Source: Methanonatronarchaeales archaeon (GTDB lineage Archaea; Halobacteriota; Methanonatronarchaeia; JAANXF01). Taken from it: 64,000 bases of DNA. The stretch is from NCBI GenBank assembly GCA_018263395.1, contig JAANXF010000004.1, positions 3,840 to 67,839 of the forward strand. Reading direction: 5' to 3'. The position numbers and the translations under genes are program-made. The notes beneath the pieces were generated by a model, which did no database searches, was not told the DNA's origin, and saw only the letters and a program-made list of their open reading frames with translations. Positions 56,270 through 64,000 of this stretch are shown here, piece after piece (within the stretch, counting starts at the first letter, position 1; the number at the start of each line of letters is the position of its first letter).

Positions 56270-56452
56270 CCGGGCCGTGCCTTGATGTCCTCTTCGGAGT
56301 AGAGCTCGGGCTCCTCGCTCAGGAAGTCGTGGAGGGACTCCTCCGATGGTTTCGTGAGTTCCCCTCTCCTCGAGAAGTTCGTCCACCTTGAGGTTGAGCT
56401 CGGCGAGGCCCTTTCGGATTTCCCTTAGCTCCGACTCGATACCCGCCATCAT
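56266..56452 (-). pseudogene. Frameshifted antitoxin partner of MazF
   Basis: Removing one base from the run at 56361-64 gives MAGIESELREIRKGLAELNLKVDELLEERELTKPSEESLHDFLSEEPELYSEEDIKARPG*. Confidence 0.65.
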
Positions 56453-56555
56453 TTACCCTCTTCTTTAAACATGTCCTTAAGCTTTCCAGATGGCGGTTCA
56501 CCGCATTAAAAATAGCCAGCGACAAGCTGATAACCGACACAGACCTCCGGATACA

Positions 56556-56749
56556 GTAAACCCGGAAAAACGAAACCCTTTTTCTTTTTTTAGTCACTCA
56601 TGACGGGACGGTGGAGGGCTGTCGCCCTGGGGAAACCGGTGCGGCGGTGCTGTTTAAGGCGCTGGGGACCCGGGTTCTAACCGTCGTGGGTAGCCTGTCC
56701 GTGTGGTTCGATGGGTGGTGGAGGGACTTCTTCCTGGAGGTCTCGTGAG
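56556..56749 (+). repeat. TA-array spacer copy B (near full length)
   Basis: gtaaa..gaaaaacgaaaccc-T tract-actcatgacgggacggt..gtcgccct..accggtgcggcggtgctgtttaaggcgctgggga..gtgggtagcctgtccgtgtggttcga. Confidence 0.9.
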
Positions 56750-56858
56750 GCGGTTAAGCCCCCATCGCAGCGGGCGGCGGCCAGGCGAAACTACGGTTAA
56801 AAACGATTTAGTGTATCTCCACACTAAGCTATATCTTGGTCGGGCGCGATTGTGGCGT

Positions 56859-57101
56859 ATGTCGGAGGTACGGGTGGTGGGCGAGGGCAAGGTTTCGGGC
56901 AACCAGGCCTCCATACCCGCCCAGGTCAGGAACCGGCTCGACATCCGGGACGGCGACGTCGTGAGGTGGAAGGTGGTGGACGGGGAGCTGGAGGTGGAGG
57001 TAGTGCACCGTCGCCGGGGCGTCTTCGAGGACTTCCGGCCGGGTGAGTCCGAGGAAGAGGTCGACAGCGTGGATGAGCACGACTCCTTCGGTCTGGGTTA
57101 G
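56859..57101 (+). CDS. AbrB/MazE/SpoVT antitoxin (VapB)
   Basis: KVSGNQASIPAQVRNRLDIRDGDVVRW. Confidence 0.88.
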   Translation: MSEVRVVGEGKVSGNQASIPAQVRNRLDIRDGDVVRWKVVDGELEVEVVHRRRGVFEDFRPGESEEEVDSVDEHDSFGLG

Positions 57102-57102
57102 A

Positions 57103-57534
57103 ATGGCGCAATCTGCCACGGTGGACACGACGGTTCTTTACGCCGCGGGAAACAGACGCGCCACGTTCCACGAAGATGCCCTGGAAATCGTGAAGGCCGC
57201 GGACCGTGGAAACCTGCCCGTGCTGCGCATACCCGACGCCGTCCTGCTGGAGACGATGAACGGGCTGCACAGGACCGTCGGGCACGGGAAGGCCGTGGAC
57301 GTGATGAAGCGTCTCCAGGAGGGGGACGGTTTCGGGATTGAGAGGGGCTCCCTGGCCGTACTGACTGCTGGGATCCAGCTCTTCCAAGAAATAGAGAGGC
57401 TCTCCCTCGGGGACGCCCTGGTAGTCGCGGACGCGAGGCACAACGAGGTAGAGTACCTCTACAGTTTCGACGGCGACTTCGACGGAATCGACGGCATAAC
57501 CCGTTTAAACACGCCGGATAACCCTTACCGATGA
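57103..57534 (+). CDS. VapC PIN-domain toxin
   Basis: VDTTVL, LLET, LSLGDALVVA, LYSFDGDFD. Confidence 0.9.
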   Translation: MAQSATVDTTVLYAAGNRRATFHEDALEIVKAADRGNLPVLRIPDAVLLETMNGLHRTVGHGKAVDVMKRLQEGDGFGIERGSLAVLTAGIQLFQEIERLSLGDALVVADARHNEVEYLYSFDGDFDGIDGITRLNTPDNPYR

Positions 57535-57544
57535 TGCGGTAGCC

Positions 57545-57694
57545 GTCGCCCTGTGGGGACGGATGCGCCGGTGCTGTTTGAGGCCCTTGGTGACCCGATT
57601 TCTAACTGTCGCGGGTAGCCCGTCCGTGTGGTTCGACGGGGGGTGGAGGGGGGCTTCCCGGAGGTCGTTGGCGAGGGGAGTGAGGGGCTTCTTC
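57545..57694 (+). repeat. TA-array spacer copy C (3' part)
   Basis: gtcgccctgtggggacggatgcgccggtgctgtttgagg..gggtagcccgtccgtgtggttcgacgg..gaggtcgttggcgagggga..gggcttcttc. Confidence 0.88.
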
Positions 57695-57822
57695 GCGAAG
57701 ATGCTTGCCGATTGATGCGGCCCTGACCACTTATCGCCGGGTTGAGAACCCAGTTAGGCCGATTAAAATTCTCTGAAACGGGTGGGGAAATCTTCTTAAC
57801 GACGTGGAAGGTAGTTAACGTG

Positions 57823-58110
57823 ATGCCTCTGAGCGTGGAGGACGTCGCCAGCGCGACGGGCGAGTCCGAGGAGTCGATTCTGCACAAGGGCCTTGGGTCC
57901 TATCTGGACAGGGAGCTCAGGGAGGCCGGTGTCCGGATAAACGAGTTAAAGAAGAGGTACGGGGTGGAGCGTCCCTCCGAGCTCGAGGAAAAAATCGAGG
58001 GGGGGGGTTCGGTCGATGAGCACCCGGCCTGGGAAGAGCTGATAGAGTGGGAGAACCTGGAGAAGAGAATCAGTCGCCTGAAGGAGCTCTCGGAGTCTAC
58101 GGAGCCCTGA
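57823..58110 (+). CDS. Putative antitoxin (partner of DUF6516/TumE-like toxin)
   Basis: L.KRYGV..PSELEEKI..G...EHPAWEELIEWENL pattern; overlaps the toxin gene. Confidence 0.65.
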   Translation: MPLSVEDVASATGESEESILHKGLGSYLDRELREAGVRINELKKRYGVERPSELEEKIEGGGSVDEHPAWEELIEWENLEKRISRLKELSESTEP

Positions 58111-58447
58111 AGAGAAGGGCACTTGAGGCATTCCCGGGCATCGTGTCCAAGGCAGTCGTGGAGAGGGCTCCCGGAGACACCCCGAGGAACCTCCGTATCT
58201 TCCTTAATGATGGAAGTTTTCTGGACGCGTGGGTTTCAACCTCTTCCGGAAAGTACTCATTTCACTGGCAGTCAGAAGACGGCGTCGTACGGTTCGAAAC
58301 GCGCCGCACCACGACGTGGAGACGTTTCCCCACCACGTCCACATCGACGACGAGGTGGAGGCAAGCCCGTTAAAAGGAAACTTCGTGGAGGACTTAGAGC
58401 AGGTCATGAGTCATCTGGAGAAGAGAAGGACACGAGAATCAAAGTAA
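58090..58447 (+). pseudogene. Frameshifted DUF6516/TumE-like toxin (start approximate)
   Basis: LRIFLNDGSFLDAW..GKYSFHWQ..VVRF then, one base missing at ~58297, NAPHH..TFPHHVH..; restores the R.DNAPHH..FPHH.H motif. Confidence 0.75.
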
Positions 58448-58642
58448 AACATCGGTAATGTGGCCGGGAGAAACGAAACCCCTTCTTTTTTTTTAATTAC
58501 TCATGACGGGGCGGTGAGAGGTGTCGCCCTATGGGGACCGGGGCGCCGGTGCTGTTTAGAGGAACCGGTGACCGGGTTCTGGCCGGGTCCTAACCGTCAT
58601 GGGTAAACTGTCCGTCTGGTTCGACGGGTGGTGAAAGGGACT
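58444..58642 (+). repeat. TA-array spacer copy D (full length)
   Basis: gtaaaacatcggtaat..gaaacgaaacccc-T tract-aattactcatgacggggcggt..gtcgccct..accggggcgccggtgctgttta..atgggtaaactgtccgtctggttcga. Confidence 0.9.
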
Positions 58643-58767
58643 GGATGTGTCGGTGCGTGGAGACGTGATTCGAGGAATTTGAGCTGTCGGGCCGGCTGCG
58701 AGGTGGTAGGGGGAGGCGTATTTATTGTTTGCCGTGTCAAGTTTGGGTTAGAGCGGTGCCGGGGTCG

Positions 58768-59079
58768 ATGATGCACGAAGAGGTGTTCGAGGAATTCGTC
58801 GAGGAGGCGAAGGCCGAGCTCGGCGAGGGCCTCGAGAGACTGGTCCTCTACGGCTCCGTGGGGAGGGGAGAGGCGACTCCTCACTCGGACATAGACATCT
58901 ACGCCGTCGTGCGGGACGAGGAGGAGAAGGAGAGGCTGCTGGACCTCGCCTACGAGGTCGGTATCCTGAGGCACGGTACGCCGATAATGCTCGTCGTCAG
59001 GACCGGGGAGGAGGAGGCCGATGCGGGCGACACATCCTTCCGGAGAGAGGTGGAACGTACCGGGAAGGCACATGTCTGA
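58768..59079 (+). CDS. Minimal nucleotidyltransferase (MNT) antitoxin
   Basis: LYGSVGRGEATPHSDIDI. Confidence 0.9.
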   Translation: MMHEEVFEEFVEEAKAELGEGLERLVLYGSVGRGEATPHSDIDIYAVVRDEEEKERLLDLAYEVGILRHGTPIMLVVRTGEEEADAGDTSFRREVERTGKAHV

Positions 59080-59461
59080 GATCAAGGACCTGTTCGAGCT
59101 CAGCGAGCAGGCGCTCGACGACGCCGTCCTGCTGAGCGGGAGAGGTTCGTTGAGGGCCGCTCAGAACAGGATTTACTACGCCCTGTTCTACGCGGCGAAG
59201 GCGGCTCTGTTGTCACTCGGCGAGGAGCCGGTGACCCACAGAGGCGTCGTGGCCCTTTTCGGTCAAAAGGTCGTTAAGAGCGGTCTGGCGAGCAGGGAGG
59301 ACGGGAGGTTCCTCGCCGATGAACAGAGGAAAAGATACGAGGCGGACTACGAGCCAGAAACCGCCTTCGAACCCGAAGAGATAGAGACATCCATAGAGAG
59401 GGTGCAGGCATTTATCGGAGGAATGGAGGACCTCGTTAATGAAGGGAAAGGAGACACGTAA
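59072..59461 (+). CDS. HEPN-domain (UPF0332-like) toxin
   Basis: NRIYYALFYAAKAALL..TH.GV..F, R..ADY. Confidence 0.88.
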   Translation: MSEIKDLFELSEQALDDAVLLSGRGSLRAAQNRIYYALFYAAKAALLSLGEEPVTHRGVVALFGQKVVKSGLASREDGRFLADEQRKRYEADYEPETAFEPEEIETSIERVQAFIGGMEDLVNEGKGDT

Positions 59462-59505
59462 ACTCGAAGCGGGGACTTCCACTCGAAGAAGGAGCGTGAA
59501 GCAGG

Positions 59506-59598
59506 GTAAAACATCGGTAATATGACTGGGAAAAAACCTTATCCCTTTCTTTTTTTTTTAAATTACTCACGACATGACGGGACGGTGAGGGGTGTCGC
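59506..59598 (+). repeat. TA-array spacer copy E (5' half)
   Basis: gtaaaacatcggtaat..gggaaaaa..ccc-T tract-aattactca..tgacgggacggtgaggggtgtcgc. Confidence 0.88.
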
Positions 59599-59689
59599 TG
59601 GAGGATTGACGACGTGCTCACGGGCCTCGACGCCTGCACGAGGCCAACGCGTACCCCGGGAGGCGTAGGCGGGCCATCAGGGAGGAGAG

Positions 59690-59742
59690 AAGTCGGTTCA
59701 CCGACTTACTGGAGTCGCCGTTAACGGCGTGGATTTTTTTTT
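59690..59742 (+). terminator. Hairpin + palindrome + T9 tract
   Basis: AAGTCGG-TTCA-CCGACTT (59690-707), CGCCGTTAACGGCG (59716-729), T9 (59734-742). Confidence 0.5.
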
Positions 59743-59922
59743 GTCGAGGGAGGGGTTTAGGGTTGCGTTCAGGTCTTTTTTGGTGTGGGGGTTCGAGGAG
59801 GGAGTGTGGGCGGTCTTTCACCGTTTTATGACGGAGTGCTTACCGATAGGTGGGGGGGCCGAGGAGGCCGGTATGTTGATTTGTGAGGGGGCTTGGGGAT
59901 ACGGGATTCAGGACGCAAGTGA

Positions 59923-60035
59923 TGTTTAAGGCGCTGGGGACTCAAGTCTTAATTGTTATGGGCAGCCTATCCGTCTGGTTCGACGAAGAAGGGGACTTTC
60001 TGGAGGTCGTGAGCGAGGGGAGGAAGGGCTTCTTC
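59923..60035 (+). repeat. Spacer copy F = promoter and 5' end of the intact DUF2283 gene
   Basis: tgtttaaggcgctgggga..atgggcagcctatccgtctggttcga..ctggaggtcgtgagcgaggggaggaagggcttcttc; TTTAAG 33 nt before ATG. Confidence 0.9.
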
Positions 60036-60170
60036 CGCGACCTCGGGAACGGCGTTTTCGAGAGGGTGGATGAAGAAGGCAACACGATAGGCTTCGCTCT
60101 TCTAAACGTCAAGGAGAGAAAGGAGAGGGACATCCCGTTCGATGCCAAGTTTGAGAAGGCGGTTTCTTAG
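59958..60170 (+). CDS. DUF2283 antitoxin-like protein
   Basis: LSVWFDEEGDFLEV, D..G..IGF..LN. Confidence 0.85.
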   Translation: MGSLSVWFDEEGDFLEVVSEGRKGFFRDLGNGVFERVDEEGNTIGFALLNVKERKERDIPFDAKFEKAVS

Positions 60171-60469
60171 TGCAGGTCCTGAGGGATTTCAGCGGGAGAG
60201 ACATCCGTTTGACCGATGAGAGGCGGGAACACATCGAGCGCCGGCCAGAGATGGAAGGCCAGGTTCGGAGAATCGAGGAAACCTTGGTACAGCCTGACGA
60301 GGTTAGGAAAAGCGATCAAGACCCATCCGTCTACCTGTACCACAAGAGGTATGGGGAAACCCCTGTAACTGAGAAGTACCTTCTGGTCGTGGTCAAAGTG
60401 GAGGTAGATAGCCCGTTCGTGATAACCTCTTTCTTCACAGACGGGATTAAAAGCGGGGCACCCGTCTAA
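60170..60469 (+). CDS. Putative RNase toxin (PBECR/DUF4258-like), GTG start
   Basis: IRLTDER.EHI...P, I.ETL..PDEV, LLVVVK, FVITSF; coupled to DUF2283. Confidence 0.75.
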   Translation: MQVLRDFSGRDIRLTDERREHIERRPEMEGQVRRIEETLVQPDEVRKSDQDPSVYLYHKRYGETPVTEKYLLVVVKVEVDSPFVITSFFTDGIKSGAPV

Positions 60470-60512
60470 ATCTCGCCCTAGTGAGGTCGGTCAGGCCCGA
60501 GGCATCGTACAT

Positions 60513-60917
60513 TCAGGTTTTCGCCAGCAACTGCTCATTGAACCATTTGAGGGTTTCCCTGTAATCGAGGAACTCGGTTATCACTCGGGCCTCGTAGCTC
60601 GCCCTGTCCACGTCGCCCTCGTAAACCAGCCGCCCCGTCTTCACGACCTCGTACCTCAGCTGGGGCGGCGAGTGGTTCAGGGCCTTTACGTCGAACTCGA
60701 ATCCGTAGCCGAATTTTTTCTCCAGCTCCCTCGCGAGCTCCATGCAGAGCTTCATCGCGGCGTAGCTGTCCGGCTCCCCTGAGAGCAGCGCGGCCACGTC
60801 CACGTCCTCGAAGCTTCCGCGAAGGGAGGAGCCGTAAACGTAGCCCAGCTCGACCTCGTCGAACCCGGAGAGCACCTCGCCAATCTGCTGCAGCTCCTCC
60901 TCCGAGAGCCCGTCCAT
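60513..60917 (-). CDS. MNT nucleotidyltransferase (MntA-like), orphan
   Basis: YVYGS....EDVDVA, DVK.LN.SPP.LRYEVV..G. Confidence 0.85.
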   Translation of the reverse strand: MDGLSEEELQQIGEVLSGFDEVELGYVYGSSLRGSFEDVDVAALLSGEPDSYAAMKLCMELARELEKKFGYGFEFDVKALNHSPPQLRYEVVKTGRLVYEGDVDRASYEARVITEFLDYRETLKWFNEQLLAKT

Positions 60918-60986
60918 GAACCCAAGTGGTTCAGAACCGTCTTAGTTCTTACCTTTCCCCTCAGACTCGCCCGGAAAACGGCAGTG

Positions 60987-61958
60987 CTACAGCCTCTCCA
61001 TCTCCTCGAAGGGAACGAGGCCGCTGATTTCCTCGGTGGGTGCGTCTATCCCCCTCTCGTTGAGCGCAGCGGCCGTGTTTATACCGGCGCTCATCGCCAC
61101 GCCGAAACGGTCCATGCCGACGGGGATGCCCAGGACGGACCGGTTCGGGAGGCCCACGTCCATCACCCCCCCAATTCCCAGGGCCTCGAGCTCCTCGACG
61201 ACCCGCACGACCTCCTCCTGCGCCGAGCGGGGGATGACCCTGAGGTTCCCGAGCAACCTCCCGTCCCCCTCCATCGCCTCGCCGACCGAGGTCATGCCGG
61301 TCTCCATGAAGACCTCCACGGGGTCGACCGACGAGCCTTCGTAGCTTATGGCGTCGGTGAACCGGCTGAACTCGCCTCCGGAAACCTCCACGACCCCGCC
61401 GAACCTCGGCGTTATAGGTACCCCCCTCTTCAGCAGCACGCCGTCCATGGTCATCGAGCAGAGGGTGGCGATTCCCACCCTCCCCGCCGACACCGGTCTG
61501 CCCGCGAGCAGCTCCCCCTCCCTCCTGACGGAGACGTGGGGACTCACCGCCATCCCCGACTCGAAGACCTCCCGAATCGTGGAGAGCGCCTCGTCCTCGT
61601 CCTCCTCCCCCACGAAGGTCGTGTTGACCACCGCCTCGCCCCTGCCCGTGGAGGGGTCGAAGCGCGAGCTGTATATTTTCTCCTCGACCCTGCTTATCAC
61701 GAAACCGATTCTCCGGCTCACGAGGCCGCGTGAGAGCTCCTCGACGCCCCTCTCCGTGATAGTGCGGCCGGCGTACCCGTGCTTCTCGGTCAGGCCCCTC
61801 TCGTCCATTATCCGGAAGTAGTACCTGACCGCCCGCTCGCCTATGGTGACCCCGGCCCTCCTCAGTGAGTCGGCCACCCGCTTGGCGCCGAGGGGTTCCT
61901 CGGAGTCCCTCAGTATGCGGAGTATCTCGATAATTTTTCGCTGATTCCCCTCGGCCAC
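60987..61958 (-). CDS. nrpR: NrpR-like regulator (wHTH + one DUF128 domain)
   Basis: EILRIL..S.EPLGA, ERAVRYY, GR.IT..G, TLCSMT.DGVL..GVP, PRFGG, GINTAA; likely GTG start 61958. Confidence 0.85.
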   Translation of the reverse strand: MAEGNQRKIIEILRILRDSEEPLGAKRVADSLRRAGVTIGERAVRYYFRIMDERGLTEKHGYAGRTITERGVEELSRGLVSRRIGFVISRVEEKIYSSRFDPSTGRGEAVVNTTFVGEEDEDEALSTIREVFESGMAVSPHVSVRREGELLAGRPVSAGRVGIATLCSMTMDGVLLKRGVPITPRFGGVVEVSGGEFSRFTDAISYEGSSVDPVEVFMETGMTSVGEAMEGDGRLLGNLRVIPRSAQEEVVRVVEELEALGIGGVMDVGLPNRSVLGIPVGMDRFGVAMSAGINTAAALNERGIDAPTEEISGLVPFEEMERL

Positions 61959-62041
61959 CGGCAATAGGTTGCCTCCAGAAGCCCTTAAATAGTTCCTCTG
62001 CCGCCTCCGGAAACGTTTAAGGGACTGAACCTCTTTTAGAG

Positions 62042-62902
62042 GTGGTTTCAATGCGGCTGCCGGACCTGATGAAGCTCGACGAGAGACTGCTGATCGCGCC
62101 GCCACTGCTCCTCATCCTCTTGGCCGTCTCGCTTCTCGGGTACGGATACGTCACCACAGGCACCCCTCTCGAACTGGGAATGGACTTCAGGGGCGGGGTC
62201 GCGGTGACCGTCACCACGGAGGAGGCCCCGGAACAGGTGGCCGCAGGTTTCGAGGAGTTCGGCGTGGTGGGTGTACGGGATCTCCCCGACGGAGCGCTGA
62301 TACAGTTCGGGCCGATTGACGACGCCCTGAAGGAGGAGCTGGAGAGCTCGGTCTCCGCCCGCTACGATACGTACCAGATAACCGCCGTCAGCGAGGTCTT
62401 TGGCTCCGAGCTGCAGGGTCAGGCACTCACGGCCTCAGTTATCGCGTTCCTGGCCATGGCAGGTATGGTTCTACTCCTTTTCAGAAGGTTGTTCCCCGCG
62501 GGAACCATCGTCGTGGCTGCCCTGGGAGACATCCTCGTGGCGGCCGGATTCGTGAGGCTTTCCGGACTGCAGCTCTCCCTCGGAACGGTGGCCGCTCTCC
62601 TCATGCTCATCGGTTACTCCGTGGACAGCAACGTCCTGCTGACCAGCAGGATGCTGCGGGGGAGGGGGACCGTCAGCAAGAGGTTCAACGGTGCGTTCCG
62701 AACCGGCGCGACGATGGCGGTCACGACCCTGTCGGCGATTCTGGTGCTGGCCACGGTGTCCTACGTTGCGGGCATGACCATCCTGTTCGAAATCACCGCC
62801 GTCCTGTTCGCCGGACTGGTGGCCGACGTGTTAAACACGTGGTTCCTTAATGGCTCGGTTCTCAGGAGCATTCTCGTCAGGGAAGGAGTGGAGGTCAGTT
62901 GA
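62042..62902 (+). CDS. secF: Protein translocase subunit SecF
   Basis: LGMDFRGG, FGSELQ, LMLIGYSVDSNVLLT, multiple TMs. Confidence 0.93.
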   Translation: MVSMRLPDLMKLDERLLIAPPLLLILLAVSLLGYGYVTTGTPLELGMDFRGGVAVTVTTEEAPEQVAAGFEEFGVVGVRDLPDGALIQFGPIDDALKEELESSVSARYDTYQITAVSEVFGSELQGQALTASVIAFLAMAGMVLLLFRRLFPAGTIVVAALGDILVAAGFVRLSGLQLSLGTVAALLMLIGYSVDSNVLLTSRMLRGRGTVSKRFNGAFRTGATMAVTTLSAILVLATVSYVAGMTILFEITAVLFAGLVADVLNTWFLNGSVLRSILVREGVEVS

Positions 62903-64000
62903 AGGGGCTAAGACCCGCGCTGGAGGACAGGCGCGTCCTCCTCCTGCTCGCAGTGGTGGCCGTCTCACTCGTCCTGATAGGGCCGACGTACAGCGACGGC
63001 GAGGTGGAGACGAACCTTCGCTACGGGCTGGAGCTACAGGGCGGGGTGTGGATGCAGCTACAGGTCAAAGGCGCCACGGTCACGGGTTCCGTCGACGTGC
63101 CGGGGCTCCTCCAGGGGAGGGCCTCGGAGGTGCTGGACAGGAACGTAACCGTCAGCGGCCGCGCCGGGGTCTACGAGCTGAGGTTCGAAGACGCGTCAAA
63201 CGAGTCCCTTGAGGCGCTTCGAAGGTTCGGTGAGGCGTCGCTCTCCGACGGAGCGGTGCGTCTAAACGTCAGCGAGACGGCACTCGTATCCGACTACCTC
63301 GGGGACCGGTTGGGCGGAGAGGTGAGGGCCGTCTCCGGCACCAGGGGCTTCTCGTACGAGGTGCGGACCGAGGTCACGCGGGAGGAGGCCGAGGCGGCGT
63401 TCAGGGACGCCGGGGGCGAGCTCTCGGAGTTCGAGCGCGGCGTATCCGACAGGACCCTGGAGACCACGCGGGAGGTTATCGAAAAGAAGGTCAACGCAAT
63501 CGGTCTGAGAGATATCTCGGTCAGGACCGCCGGAAGCAGGTACATCCTGGTCGACATGGCGGGAAACATCACGCTCGACAGGGGACGGGAGGTGGTCTCC
63601 AGGCCGGGCCGCTTCGAGCTCCGGGTCGAAACCGAGGCCGGCGAGGGCGTAAACGAGTCGATCCACGCACTCTGGGGCGACGAGATACTCGGCGTCGATT
63701 TCCCGACCCAGGACAGGGACGACGCGTGGGGGGTTCCCTTCACCCTCTCAGAGCAGGGAGGGGAGGATCTGCGCAGCGCAGTTCTCGAGGCGGGTGCGGC
63801 TGAGCCTGACTCCGGGAAAAACATCCTGATGCTGCTCGACGACGAGGTGGTCTACAGCGCACCGATAGCCACCGACCTGAAGGAGGACTTCAGGCGGGGA
63901 ACCGTGAGGTCGATAAGGGCCAACACCGGCTCTGGCGACGAGGGGCAAGAGGCCGCAAAGAACCTCGAGATTCACCTGAAGGTCGGTGCGCTTCCGGTGG
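62899..64000 (+). CDS. secD: Protein translocase subunit SecD (partial, runs off window end)
   Basis: TTG overlapping secF stop; TNLRYGLELQGG, IEKKVNAIGL, L.IHLKVGALP; read manually (absent from ORF track because it has no stop in the window). Confidence 0.92.
   Translation, partial: MKGLRPALEDRRVLLLLAVVAVSLVLIGPTYSDGEVETNLRYGLELQGGVWMQLQVKGATVTGSVDVPGLLQGRASEVLDRNVTVSGRAGVYELRFEDASNESLEALRRFGEASLSDGAVRLNVSETALVSDYLGDRLGGEVRAVSGTRGFSYEVRTEVTREEAEAAFRDAGGELSEFERGVSDRTLETTREVIEKKVNAIGLRDISVRTAGSRYILVDMAGNITLDRGREVVSRPGRFELRVETEAGEGVNESIHALWGDEILGVDFPTQDRDDAWGVPFTLSEQGGEDLRSAVLEAGAAEPDSGKNILMLLDDEVVYSAPIATDLKEDFRRGTVRSIRANTGSGDEGQEAAKNLEIHLKVGALPV

Noticed and set aside
56674-58753. Canonical integron attC sites in spacers (TTCTAAC/TCCTAAC with downstream GTTAAGC, GTTAGGC, GTTAGAG)
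   Set aside because: R''/R'-like words occur, but pairing extends only ~6 bp, there are no L boxes, the R''-like word is not next to stop codons, copy F lacks it, and no intI is in the window. Left open pending an IntegronFinder run.
59513-59847. MITE bounded by ATCGGTAA/TTACCGAT
   Set aside because: The inverted match is only 8 bp and no target-site duplication is evident.
55277-60035. CRISPR array
   Set aside because: Repeats are 80-200 bp and degenerate, separated by whole genes; no cas genes.
54000-61000. Transposase or integrase in the island
   Set aside because: No DDE, HUH, TnpB or tyrosine/serine recombinase motifs were recognised in any listed frame.
61959-62041. NrpR operator GGAA-N6-TTCC upstream of nrpR
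   Set aside because: No match found in the intergenic region.

Overview
High-GC archaeal chromosomal window with acidic proteins, probably from a Halobacteria-related or other halophilic Halobacteriota lineage (inferred from gene families; not verified). About 54 kb is housekeeping. It holds the rpoH-B''-B'-A'-A''-nusA-S12-S7-EF2-EF1a-S10 superoperon (no L30e; EF-2 carries a 530-aa LAGLIDADG intein), three tRNAs (Lys with a 32-nt intron, Pro, Arg), an ABCE1/RqcH/Pelota cluster, biosynthetic genes, ileS, a surface protein-CetZ-like tubulin-HTH/coiled-coil operon, a TrmB/SqdB/epimerase/GlmS/GlmU glycan cluster, nrpR and secF/secD. The most unusual part is a ~6.8-kb accessory island (~54.1-60.9 kb) with six different toxin-antitoxin pairs plus an orphan MNT. 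The cassettes are separated by a degenerate direct repeat (up to ~190 bp) made of a T-tract, a small hairpin, a TATA box and the decayed 5' end of the DUF2283 gene that is intact at the right end. A remnant of that gene's partner toxin marks the left end. No integrase or transposase is visible in the window. ABCE1 also carries a perfect 76-bp internal repeat shared by its two ATPase signature regions.
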